Source: the human T2T-CHM13v2.0 reference genome, Homo sapiens. Taken from it: a stretch of DNA of 64,000 nt. The notes under the pieces are model-generated. The model was not told where the DNA came from, made no database searches, and saw only the letters and a list, made by a program, of their open reading frames with translations. Location of the stretch: the NCBI RefSeq assembly GCF_009914755.1, contig NC_060934.1; one strand, given 5' to 3'. A program made the position numbers and the translations under genes. Shown in pieces: positions 1 to 16,809 of the stretch. Each line of letters opens with the position of its first letter. Position 1 is the stretch's first letter.

Positions 1-99
1 TTAGTTCTCCTGTAAGCATTCCTATGTCCTTAATATCACTTTCTGTTCCTGCCTTGCATCTCCGCATCTTTTTCTTCGTCTCTGGCCGAATGCTGTAAA

Positions 100-830
100 C
101 GCTCATAAATATCAAGTAATAAGATGCAAAGAGATTGCAAACTAAAACTGAAAACCTTAAAGATGCAGTTTGTCATGAAGCTGCTGAAAGAGATATTGGA
201 GAAATGCCAAAATACCTCCAAAGCCAAAGTCTGGCTGTGTGACTGTGGAGCATTTAAAAGCTTCTCATGACTTAGTTTCCTCACTTGAAAACTGGAATAA
301 TATCTGCCTGATTAACCACATGAAATTTGAAATAAAAAGCAAGTAAAATGATACCTAAAAGCACTACTTAAATAATAAAGTACCTGGCCGGGCACCGTGG
401 CTCAGGCCTGTAATCCCAGCACTTTGGGAGGCCTAGGTGGGCAGATCACGAGGTCAGGAGTTCGAGACCAGCCTGGCCAACACAGTGAAACGTCATCTCT
501 ACTAAAAATACAAAAAATTAGCCAGTTGTGGTGGCATGTGCCTGTAATCCCAGCTACTTGAGAGGCTGAGGCAGGAAAGTTGTTTGAACCTGGGAGTTAG
601 ACCCTTAACAGCCCAAGAGGAGAAATTGGTAGGAATGGTATCAAGACAAGTGCTTCAGAATAGAAGTTGCATAACAACCAGTTAATAGAGGACCTTGGTT
701 AAAAAAGAAAATGATAGTCTTCAAAAATATTTTTGCAAAACTTTTTTCATCACTGGGGTACAAAAGTCAAGAAAAGAATGTCATCTCACATAATTTTGTC
801 AGAAAAATGATCTTCCCTCCCCACCAAATC
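100..830 (+). mobile_element. Degraded Tigger-like DNA transposon relic interrupted by the 230-596 insertion
   Basis: Resemblance of 100-229 and 597-830 to recalled TcMar-Tigger internal sequence. Confidence 0.35.
230..596 (+). repeat. Inverted duplication, left copy (MIR-like segment + truncated Alu); partner at 2622-2982
   Basis: 230-382 is the reverse complement of 2833-2982 with ~5 substitutions and one 3-nt indel; homology continues through the Alu. Confidence 0.92.
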
Positions 831-944
831 TAACACTCAAATAATTCTTTGTTCTAACCATTAGGGCATATTTATAATGATGACTTATTTTGATTTTTTT
901 TAGTGTAAAATCTTAAGCCCTTTAAAAATGACATATTATTTGGC

Positions 945-2130
<1,186 letters not shown>

Positions 2131-2435
2131 CACATTCATCGAAAACGTCATTTCCAGTACTGCTTATCCATGGATAATGAGGACCTCCTGTAGCTGTAGT
2201 CACTTTGGTGCATCGTTTCCAAAAACCTAATGAGTTGTGATGTCAATTGCAGCTGTCAATCTACTTTTAATCACAGGCCTCAAATGAAGAAATTCATTTA
2301 GAGGATAAGCAAATTACAGCTTCAGTTTTGTTCATAAACTTAAGCCCCTTATTGCTAATTTTTTTGAAAGAACAAGTTTATGCTGATTTGTCCAAGGATA
2401 CTCAGCAAATATTTGGAAAATAGTTCAAAGTTTAA

Positions 2436-3933
<1,498 letters not shown>

Positions 3934-4049
3934 CTAAAATATACATTTAAAAATCCATTGTGCAAGTATAGCTTTCATTGTTTGTTAGTGATCTATAGGT
4001 GGTCAGTAATATCCATTTCAAGCTAAAGGAATCACCGATGCATGGATGC

Positions 4050-4205
4050 CATCTGGAAGTTATCTGGTCAACCCCTTCATTTCACAGATGGGAAAAACAG
4101 GTGTGGAGTGGTTAACCAAGTTGCCCAAACCCACACAGCTATTTAGTGAAGAGCCATGGATTCTTACCTCTGAACCCATCATTTTACCAACTAGACCACA
4201 CCACC
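4050..4205 (-). mobile_element. MIR fragment
   Basis: catttcacagatgggaaaaacagg...ttgcccaaacccacacagcta MIR core. Confidence 0.7.
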
Positions 4206-4748
4206 TCAAGAATAGCCTTCCGGATGAAACTATGAGAGGAATATAGATATTTTACATGTTTAAAACATTTGTCTGTAGTTTGCCAGGACTTAAAAGTAAT
4301 ACAAATTTTAAGTGCTTTACTGATCAAATACAGCTAAAGACCAGTTGTGCAGCTGGCTCAAAGTATCACTGTTTCTGGGAGGCAACCTATGACTAGGGTT
4401 TCATGGGACAGAAAATCCCCTGTAGAAAAAGCAGAGGACAGACTTCAACGTGGAGAGTTCTTCATGAAGAAAAGCAGGTGATAACCATTGTATTCAAATA
4501 ACTTGGTGTATGTTTCACTCTCAGGAATATATGTTGCTAGTAAAATCAAGAATTTTACATCAAACATTCTCAAGGCATTGAGTGTGGAACCTTCTGAGAA
4601 TGAAAAGGGCAGAGATGAGATCTCGTTTTTCAAATTAAGTAAAATTTAAAGGTCAGTTATTCCGACAGTGTCTTGACAATAATGTTGCACTTGTCCCAAC
4701 TCTAGGATGTTACTATAGTGAGTAATGTTGCACTTCGATCTGGGTTGA

Positions 4749-5093
<345 letters not shown>

Positions 5094-6405
5094 CATTTAA
5101 AAAAAAAAAAAATGTTTTCAGTTGGCCACTAAACAGAGAAATTTGGGAAGCCACTGGTACCAGTTACAAGTTTGTAGACCACAGTCTACACAAAGGCCAT
5201 CTGCTCAACCCTGGTGACTTGAGGTTGACTGGCCCAAGTTAAATTGAAGAGTTAATGAAGCCACAAGCCGATTTTTTTTATTCAAGGAGTCTGATGTGTT
5301 TTCTGGGTTTTCAAATGGCTTCAATGGATTTACTTACCAGTTTAAGATGAACACCTCACATCAAGGAATGCAGGATGGCAAAAGCCTGAGCTGACCCAGA
5401 GGAGGAGACCTTTCCCAGGCTGACCTGTCTGCAAAGGCCTTTTCCCAGCACTGTCACTTCCTGGGTGCGTCACTGCCATAGTCCTCGTAATTGTTTAGAA
5501 TTTGCACATTTCCTCAGGTTTTCTTCTTACATTCTTAGTCAATTTGAAAAAAAAAAAGGAAAGCTTGGGAATGAAACCCAACATTTTCCTCCAACGACAA
5601 GCTGCTCATTTGTGTCTCTGAGCAGTTTTGCTTTATTTATGTCACAGTTTAAAGAACTTGCTGGGTCCCATTATTGCTCTGTATCCTTAAGTGGTGGGAT
5701 TTCTTTCTTTTCATTCAGGCATGGTTACTGATTCTTTTGACAGTGTTTAATATTAAAAGTTATAAATGCACATGCAGTAGGGCCATTACACCATAAATAG
5801 CTGAGAGAGTAGAAGCATGATGACTGTGTCCAAGGAGGGACTCCTGGTGTCACCGTTGGTCAGTGTCCAGGCCCAGGCTGCTTCAAAGAAGATATATTGC
5901 AGGTCTGAACCTGTATGCACAATGGAAGTATTCAAACAAGCTTTAAAAAAAAAAAGGATGCATTTAAAAAATATTTTTGTGACAAATCAAATGTCAGTGT
6001 TAAGTGCAGTGTTTCTAGAGTGCAGCCACGCTCTGTGATGTAACACTTCAAAAAATAGAAGTGCTGATCTATTTGGGCCAGACAGCACTTTTTTCTTAGA
6101 AGGCCATTTATTTGGAGGATACTTTTATAGTACCAGCAAGTCCAGTTAGAAAGTTCCATCTGCTCTGCCTCTTACTGCTTCTGGTTTCTTGCCATCTACA
6201 CTGGTGTCATCTCAGACAAGACACTACCTGATTTTTTCTGGATAATAGCGACATCCTATGGGGCTCCCTGCAGGTACAATGGGCCCCCTCCCTTCATCCA
6301 TTCGTACACGGCTGCCAGGCTCTTCACTTCATATTGTCTGCAAAAAACCCTGAGATGCGTTCCCGTTTTTTTGTCAGTTAGGGTTTCTTCAGAGCCACCA
6401 AACTA

Positions 6406-6526
6406 TTAGGTTGGTGCAAAAATAATTCTGGTTTTTACCATCACTTCATTTTACTCATAGTATTAGGTTGGTGCAAATGTAATCACGGTCATGGCAAAGA
6501 CCGTGATTACATTTGCACCAACCTAA
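6406..6526. mobile_element. MADE1 (Hsmar1-derived MITE) with internal fold-back insertion
   Basis: TIRs ttaggttggtgcaaa / tttgcaccaacctaa, TA on both sides; third TIR copy at 6463-6477. Confidence 0.9.
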
Positions 6527-6652
6527 TACTATGAGTAAAATGAAACAAGGGATGTATGATAAGAATTAGACCTTTCATGGTTGGGGGAGGAGTTGGGAAA
6601 GTCAACTGAAAACTGATCCACCAAAACTCAGTTTTGTAATTTGACTATAGCA

Positions 6653-6956
<304 letters not shown>

Positions 6957-9234
6957 TAATTTGACCATTGCATTTAAAATTGTTAGACGAGTACCTTCAA
7001 CCAGGTCAAGGGCTGGGTATAACAGAGTCAGGGGTGGGAGAAGAGCCTATGTTTATGAAATAAGGACAGTGTATTTCAGTTAAGAGAAGCTCTCCTCATT
7101 CACAGGTAAAATAGAGTCCTGGAAAGTCCTACCCTCTGCAATTCAAAATGCCACTGAAAAATATATTCAATCTACATAGACGGAATCATCTTAAGTATAA
7201 TGGCCAGGGTGAAATAGCTGTGAGGAACTCTCAGTGAAACTAAACTAAAATCGCCCCCAAACTACCGTCCTGCACACCAAATCTTCAACAATTAGGTGAA
7301 TTGTCTAAGTATTTTGTAGAAGTTGATTTATGCATATGGTTTTAGAATACACATATTTTAAACATGCGTATTTTAAATAAGACAAATCCTATTTATCGTT
7401 TCTGGCTTTCAGCTGTGCTGGAGGACTGTCCTCTGATTCTCTTCTCTTATCCCTTTTATTTTTTGTCTTTAAACCCTCTGTGCTTTTTCAGTTCTAGATG
7501 CATCAGAATTAGAAATGTTGTTCCCCTTGGCTAGGCTGTAATAGTAATTGCAGTCTATCCTCAGTCCTCAGATTGTTCAAATTTCACATTTGAAGTGCAA
7601 CAGAACTTTTGACCCATGTGTTTGTAGCTCTGGCTACCCACTTTCTCACTAGCTTCTGTGCCGGTGTATGTGAGTGATGCTTAAGCCTCTCAGGCATACT
7701 CTGGAAAATGCCAGAAGCCTGCTTTGTTTGTTGGTAACCAGTCCTGTTTGCACCATTGGGTATAGCTGCTCTCATCGTTCCTTACCTTCTTCCTTGTTCT
7801 GTGAACTCTCTTCTCTATGGGGGAAGGCCATGAATAACCTCTTGCCTGTATGTTGAGAAGAGAGCAACCTCCAAGCTGAATGCAGAGGGAAAAGGGCTCC
7901 CTCCCTGCACAGGAAGCGTGTATTCTAGATACACACTCCACCCCACTCAAAGACATTCCAGCTTAGAGCAATGTTGGCTACAGTTTGTTCTTTAATCGTT
8001 TCTTATCCTTTGAGTGGAGGTTACATTGTGTGTGATCATAGGAAGTGCCAGCCAGTTCTGCCTGAGAGCATTAGAGGAATCTCCCAGAAGGGATGACATT
8101 TCTTAAGTGATTTTTTTTTCAGAAAGACTCACAGCTTGTGAGCTTGAAACGTACCAACATTGCTCTTTCAAATATGCATCAATTGAATATGCAGTTTGGT
8201 ACTTTTCTAGCAAAAGTGGTAGCATTTTATCAATTTAGCTCAGTTTCTGCCCCTCTGTGACTCTCTGGAACACGTCTGTAAGATGGTCAGCCAGAAGGAA
8301 AGAAACGGCAAATTAACCCATATGGAAGCTTGCATCTATTATTAATGATACTGTGATTTCATCAACGGAAGGCATGAACTACACACTCCTTGCTCTCAGT
8401 AGCAAGGAATAAGACACTGAACAGTAAATTCCTATCCATCATCATTGGAAAATATTGCCCTGTATAGTGCCTGGCAGCTGTGTGGTGATTCTCTGAAGAG
8501 ACACTGCCTGCTTTTCTCTTAGCCACCATTTGAATTGCCTAGCTGATAGAAGTTTGGCTTCCAGAAAGGCACTATCAAACAAAATCAATGGCCATGTTAG
8601 CCACAAGTCCTAAGTTCTGTCCAAAAGTCTAAATCCGTCATTTATGCCTTATAAGCCAATATATCGCAAACACCTGAGTTCCAGATAATTGCAGTGGCTT
8701 GCTATAAATTGGCGTACAATTCTGTCACCCTCTGACCTCTGATGTTGTTTTCACCTTGTCTTACGTGTGTACTATACCCTTCACAAATTTTCCCCTTTGT
8801 TCCCCCAAATCATCTCCCCTCTCATCAGCCACTTTCTCTGAAAAGAAATAATCTAGGATATACGTGAATAGTTCCTAGAATTCGCAAAACAAAGCTACTA
8901 TTTGTTGAATATGGTCTGCGTGCCAAATGCATCTACAGGTATTTTTACCTGTGGTATCTAATTTATTTTTACGACAGTCTATGAAATGTGCTTCGTTATT
9001 TTAATTTACAGATGACAAAAATGGAAGTCAAAGAAGGCTTTCAAGGGATATGGGGGAAATGATGACTTCAGAACACTATTTGAAGGAACAGTTTGAGAGC
9101 TTGGAAACACGTGATGCTCCTTTTCTTCAGTTCCCAGAGTCTGGGACTCGAGTCCTGATTTTGCTCTTGGCCATGCAGGAGTTTGTCCTCACTATTTTCA
9201 GTAGCTCTTGTTCCTTTATAAACCCTTCATTTAG

Positions 9235-9546
<312 letters not shown>

Positions 9547-10026
9547 TAATTTTTAATTTAAACAAATTTTTTAAAAGGAAATGTACTTTTAAAGGAAAGT
9601 ACTGGAATTGGAGTTCTTGGTATCACTGATAGACATTGGTGAACACTTAATTTGTGCTACAAATGAAAGCAAATCGAGGATAGAGAGGGCTTTGCTCTTT
9701 TTAGAGATAGCCGATTTCAGTTTCAATAAATCACAATCGCTTTCATTATGGCTAAGAATCTTTGCTTTTCAGTATTTTTGAAGTGTGTTTCTGTGTGCCC
9801 TAGACAATCAAGCATTCAACCTGAAGAGGTTCGTTTCTTGTTGTTATTTCATTATTCAACCGAGTGTGCTCCTCAGTTGTTTTGGGGAGGGGCATATTCT
9901 ATGAAGTCGTGTGAGTCAGAGATCTTGTCTTTTGTTTCTTTATGGCTCTAATTTCTGACACATCATGGACCTTCAACAGAAATTTGTTTGCTTGGGTAGT
10001 GGAGGAACAGTAGAAAGATCAGTTGT

Positions 10027-10326
10027 GGCCACGAGTGATGGTTCACACCTGTAATCCAGGCACTTTGGGAGGCCGAGGCAGGCAGATCACCTGAGGTCAG
10101 GAGTTCAAGACCAGCCTGGCCAACATAGGGAAACCCCATCTCCTAAAAATGCAAAAATTAGCCAGGCTTGGTGACACATGCGTGTAGTCCCAGCTACTCA
10201 GGAGGCTGGGGCAGGAAAATCCCTTGAACCCAGGAGGCGGAGGCGGAAGTTGCAGTGAGCTGAGATCGTACCACTGCACTCTAACCTGGGCAACAGAGCA
10301 AGACTCTCCCTCAAAAAGAAAAAAAA
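10027..10326 (+). mobile_element. AluS
   Basis: Full-length Alu with TSD gaaagatcagttg. Confidence 0.92.
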
Positions 10327-10845
10327 GGAGGAAAGATCAGTTGCTTCAGGATATTTAATTTAGCTAAAAAGTGACAAATGAAACAGTACTGATACATGGT
10401 TAGTTTGGATGTAAGTTATTGATTCTGAATACTTTTTTTTAATTACAATTACTGTTGATTTATCCAAGAATGCATAGCTATGATTAAGAGATACAATTAA
10501 GTTAAAGAAAAGTGAACTGAATATCAAAGAATATTTCCAGTAGATAAGGTTAGGACTAACTCAGGCAGAGGACTCCCAGTAGAAGGGGTGGGAGGCAATT
10601 AACACCACGCACGTCACTTAGATCTGCAGTGGGGATAGATTCTGAAGTCGGCAGGATTGTGAGATCGTATCTCTAGTTTTATTGATTTGCCTTCTTACAT
10701 GGGTATATGTTCACAGCCTCCCACCCCTTACGGACAAGAGTTTATGTGTGTGTTAAATATTCTGATTGTAGTTGTTTGTTTGTTTGTTTGTTTTTAGAAA
10801 AAAGAAATCCTCTTTTTAGAACATCTCTTGGTGGTACCATCAGAA

Positions 10846-11277
10846 ATGTCTTCCTTAAGTGGAAAAGTCCAAACCGTTTTGGGCCTTGTAGAGCCAAGCA
10901 AACTGGGCCGTACCCTGACCCATGAACACCTGGCCATGACCTTTGACTGCTGTTACTGTCCACCTCCCCCGTGCCAGGAAGCTATTTCCAAAGAACCTAT
11001 CGTGATGAAAAATTTATATTGGATTCAGAAAAACGCCTATTCCCATAAAGAAAACCTTCAATTAAATCAGGAGACAGAAGCCATAAAGGAAGAACTGTTG
11101 TATTTTAAAGCTAATGGTGGAGGGGCTTTGGTGGAAAACACAACCACTGGGATTAGCCGAGACACACAGACGTTGAAGAGGCTTGCAGAAGAGACTGGCG
11201 TCCATATCATATCTGGAGCCGGGTTTTATGTGGATGCAACTCACTCCTCAGAGACCAGGGCCATGTCAGTGGAGCAG
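10846..11277 (+). CDS. PTER: PTER first coding exon (codons 1-144)
   Basis: ATG at 10846, [13 protein letters not shown]...THEH (H26/H28 amidohydrolase metal motif)...AMSVEQ; acceptor tttttAG at 10796-10797 (exon from 10798), donor CAG|gtaaaa at 11278; 432 nt, phase 0. Confidence 0.97.
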
Positions 11278-12269
11278 GTAAAAAGCCTAAGTTCTTTGAC
11301 AGTATTTGTTCATAAATTCAGAACAGCCAGAACCTTGGAAATGCCCTGGGTTCAGAGGTAGCTGGGCATGCTACGGAAATTTGCTAGCTAGCAAAGACAT
11401 CTGCCAGTTGGGGCCCCAGTTAGTAACACTGTATTTCATAAAGAAAGTGCCAATTTTGCAAGCAAGCCTTGTGGTAAAGAAAAAAGAAAATAATAATAAT
11501 AAGTGTCAAGGAAAGAGATCTTAGTGCACTGGTCATTGCAAAATCCAACGTGATAATAGTTAGATTTGTGTGTATCGTATCTGTCCTCAGTATTGGCACC
11601 ACAGTCTATTTGTAAACCTCACTTTTCCATCTTCAGTTATGCTACCTCGATTTTTTTTCACCCTGGATTTTATAATAACCAGCAATGAAGATTCACTGTA
11701 GGGTGAAACTTGGCAGTCAAAGACTTGGCACATTTGTGAATATGTTTCAGTTTCCTTTCACAAAACAGGAGAGGTGGAAGAAAATTCATTCCCCTGTGTT
11801 TTGTCATAATATGGTCTTAAGAATGGGCAGAAGGAAGTAAATTGTTTAGGGACAAAAAGAATAAGGTGCAAAACCTTTTTTGCACGTGTATGTGTTCTCT
11901 TTCTAAACACACATGTATCTATTTATACATGTTTACACATATATGTATATATTCGTATGTATCTTCCATTGCCTGCATGACAGGCATAGGGTGTCAGCTC
12001 ATTCTTTGCAAAAGATCACTTACTCTCTGGAGTATTTTGTATTTCAAAATTTTTTCTGCATTATTTTCCAACCAGGACTTTATTTTTTTAATGTATTTTT
12101 GTTGTTTAAAGACTATGCTGATGATGAGGATTATATATTCTTCCAACCACTCTTAGTGGTAACTATACGTATGAACCCAAAAGTCTAATAGTAGTATAGT
12201 GTGCTGTGAATTTTCTATGCTGTCTATGATAAAAGACTGGAATAAATAGGAGAGAATTAAAGCATTTCT

Positions 12270-12420
12270 TGATGCCTTGTGCGGTGATGCAAGCGTGTAG
12301 TCCTAGCTACATGGGAGCCTGAAATGGGAGGTTCACTTGATCTCAGGAGTTCCAAGTCCAGCCTGAGTAACATGGTGAGACCTCTGCTTCTTTAAAAAAA
12401 ACAAAGAAGAAAGAAAAAGA
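12270..12420 (+). mobile_element. FLAM-like Alu monomer
   Basis: Single diverged Alu arm with A-rich tail. Confidence 0.75.
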
Positions 12421-12812
12421 ATGACTTGATACACGGGACATAGATTCAATTCATTGGCGGTCTTTCTATATTCTAGATGCTGCTCCCCAGGTTAAGTTAC
12501 AGATTTTTTTTTGCTTCATCCTGAATGTACTCTCATTAAGTCACTTTGTCCCCCTCCAGCTTCCTAAAGCTATAAATTTCTTGTTAAATAATCATGGTAT
12601 GATATTATCGAATCTTGGATTTAGTGCAACTTGTTGATTTTTGATTTGGCCAGCAAAATGCCTTTTTCCTTGGCCAATATTAATTGATAAATACTGAATA
12701 CATTTTTAAAAGAATGAATGACAAAATAAATAAATTCATTCACATACTGTGGTGGATCTATTTTGATAAATTTCACAACCTATAAAATATATTCCTTCTC
12801 ACTCTTCCTTAG

Positions 12813-13078
12813 CTTACCGATGTCCTTATGAATGAAATTCTCCATGGAGCTGATGGAACCAGTATCAAGTGTGGCATTATTGGAGAAATTGGTTGCTCCT
12901 GGCCTTTGACTGAGAGTGAAAGAAAGGTTCTCCAGGCCACAGCTCATGCCCAGGCTCAGCTTGGTTGTCCTGTTATTATCCATCCTGGACGGAGCTCCAG
13001 GGCACCATTTCAGATTATCCGAATATTGCAAGAAGCAGGCGCAGACATCTCCAAAACAGTCATGTCACACCTGGATAG
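12813..13078 (+). CDS. PTER: PTER second coding exon (codons 145-233)
   Basis: Acceptor ctcttccttAG; [12 protein letters not shown]...GEIG (E169)...IIHPG (H201)...MSHLD (H230); donor AG|gtaagt; 266 nt. Confidence 0.97.
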
Positions 13079-13627
13079 GTAAGTAGGCTGTCTTACAAAT
13101 GGATGCAAACTGCCATATAATTAATGCATGATCAAATTAAGAATCTACAGTAATCAGTCAATGCAATACTAATCACGCAGAGAAAACCACTAACTATATG
13201 GAAGGTAGTATTTATAAAGTTTCACAACTGACATGAATAAAAGTCAATGCTGCCATTTTTGTGTCCCTCCTCTGTGTCAGATAGTGTCCTAGGTATTTCA
13301 CATAAGATATTTTGCATAAGTCATTTCCTTTAATTTACTCAATCCTTTATAACTCATAACAGGTGTCACTGTCTACTTCATTTCTTTGTCTCATGGGATG
13401 CTATCAAAGTAGCTGCCAATTCCACTTGCTCAATGTTTACCAGTAGTTGGAGTAATAAAGTTATCACACATATAAAGGGAGGGAATGTCAATGGTTTCAC
13501 CCAGAGAAGAAAACCGCAAATATAAATGTTCACATTTGTGTCACTTGTGGTTTGAATCATCTGAATTTTGGAAAATGCAATTATAAAAAATAATAGTAAT
13601 AAGTATAGCATGTGTTGGGTAGTATCA

Positions 13628-14078
13628 TGCATTAGTTTCCTATTGCTACTGTAACAAGTTATCACAAACTGGGTGCCCCTAAACAACAGAAATTTAGTCT
13701 CTCAAAGTTCTGGAGGCCAGAAGTCTGAAATGAAACTTTGTCAGGGCCCCGCTTCCTCCAAAGGCTGCAGGGAGAATCTTTCCTTGCTTCTTCCATAGCC
13801 TCAGATCCAGCTGTTCCATGGTTTGTGGCTGCATAACTACAGTTTTTGCCTCTGTCTTCGCATAGCCTTTTCCTCACTGTCTATGTCTTCTCCTCTGTTT
13901 GTTACAACCACAGTTGCCATTGGATTTATGGCCCGTCCAGATAATCCAGAATAATCTCATCTCAGATCATTTACTTAATTATATCTGCAGACCTTTTCCC
14001 CAAATAATGTCACTTTCAGAGGTTCCAAGAGTTAGAATATGGACCTATCTTGTTGGGGTTCACCATTTAATCCCTACA
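13628..14078 (-). mobile_element. MLT1C-like MaLR solo LTR
   Basis: tgcattagtttcctattgct...ttctggaggccagaagtctgaaat...atccctaca; ~450 bp. Confidence 0.8.
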
Positions 14079-14929
14079 TATTATTTTAGATGCATAGGGG
14101 ACAGTAAAATGAATGACTAAATGAAGAAATGCCAGCTGCTGTTAATTTTATGAACAAGTCTAACTGTTGCTAAGGCTACTCATTAGCCTTCAGTTGAATT
14201 TATTATAGAATTAATACAGCACCAGTGAGACTAATAATATATTATAGTTACTTCTATCTTGCCTATTGGAGTAAAGCCATATTAACATATTGATAAATCC
14301 TGATTATCAGACCAGACAGATTGCTATTTCATAAACTAACAGTCCTGCAAAATGTATTGATAAAATGCCTCTCCTTATGAGGCTGCAGTGAACCATGACC
14401 ACTACACTCCAGCCTAGGCAACAGAGCAAGACCCTGTCTCAAGAAAAAAAAAATTCTTTTACTTAATAAAAAATACTGTGAAATCATGTGCAGGAAATAT
14501 AAACAAGTTGTAGTTATAGCAGAACAGAGAAGTCAGTATTAATGGGGAAACTGAGGCATAATAGGATAAAGGTAATTCTCCTGGCAACCAGGTTGGTATC
14601 AAGATCCATACTTGGCTATCTTGAGGAATCTTCTGGTTGCACTGATAAAGTAGAGGCATGCTTCTATATACTGGTCACAGAGACAATGCATCAGACTGTG
14701 AAAACTAGACTCTTTGGACCCAGTGAGAACTTTGAATTCTAACTCTCATTGGTGTAACATCTTGGACAGCTTAATTTGAATTTAAAACAATGTATTTTAT
14801 AATGTTGCCTTGTATGATATGGGATATATGTAGCACATTTACTGAGTAAGGATGATACTTTTTAAACATTGTGAAGTACCTCATACCTTCAAAAATGTAT
14901 TACACTAATACTTTTAAATTTTATAAAAT

Positions 14930-16290
<1,361 letters not shown>

Positions 16291-16449
16291 AACTAAATTT
16301 TAGACTTGAGAGACTTAGACCCACACAGGTGCTATGAGTTCTGACCCCTCAGCTTAGCAAGTGCAGGAATGGGGCTATGGATTCTCAAGGGAGACTTTTT
16401 CTCAACTTACCTTCCTTTCACTAGAAGACAAGACTGAGAAAGATACATA

Positions 16450-16809
16450 CAGATACCCCTTGACTTAAGATGGGTTATGTTCCAATAAACCCATTGTAAG
16501 TCAAAAATATTGTAAGCTGAAAGTGCATTTAATATACCTAACCCACTGAACACTACAGCTTAACGTAGTCTACCTTAAACATGCTCAGAACCCTTACATT
16601 AGCCTATACTTCCGCAGAATCATCTATCACAAAGCCTATTTTATAATAAGGTGTTGAACAGCTCATATAATGTATTGAATACTGTACCGAAAGTGGAAAA
16701 CGGAATGTTTCTCTTGGTACTTGAAGTACGGTTTCTAGTGAATGTGTATTGCATTCACGCCATTGTAAAGTCCAAAAAGCATTAAGGTGAACTAGCCAGG
16801 GACCATCTG
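16450..16809. mobile_element. MER47A-like Tigger MITE
   Basis: 360 bp, termini cagat.../...atctg, TA duplication at both ends, internal match to recalled consensus. Confidence 0.8.
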
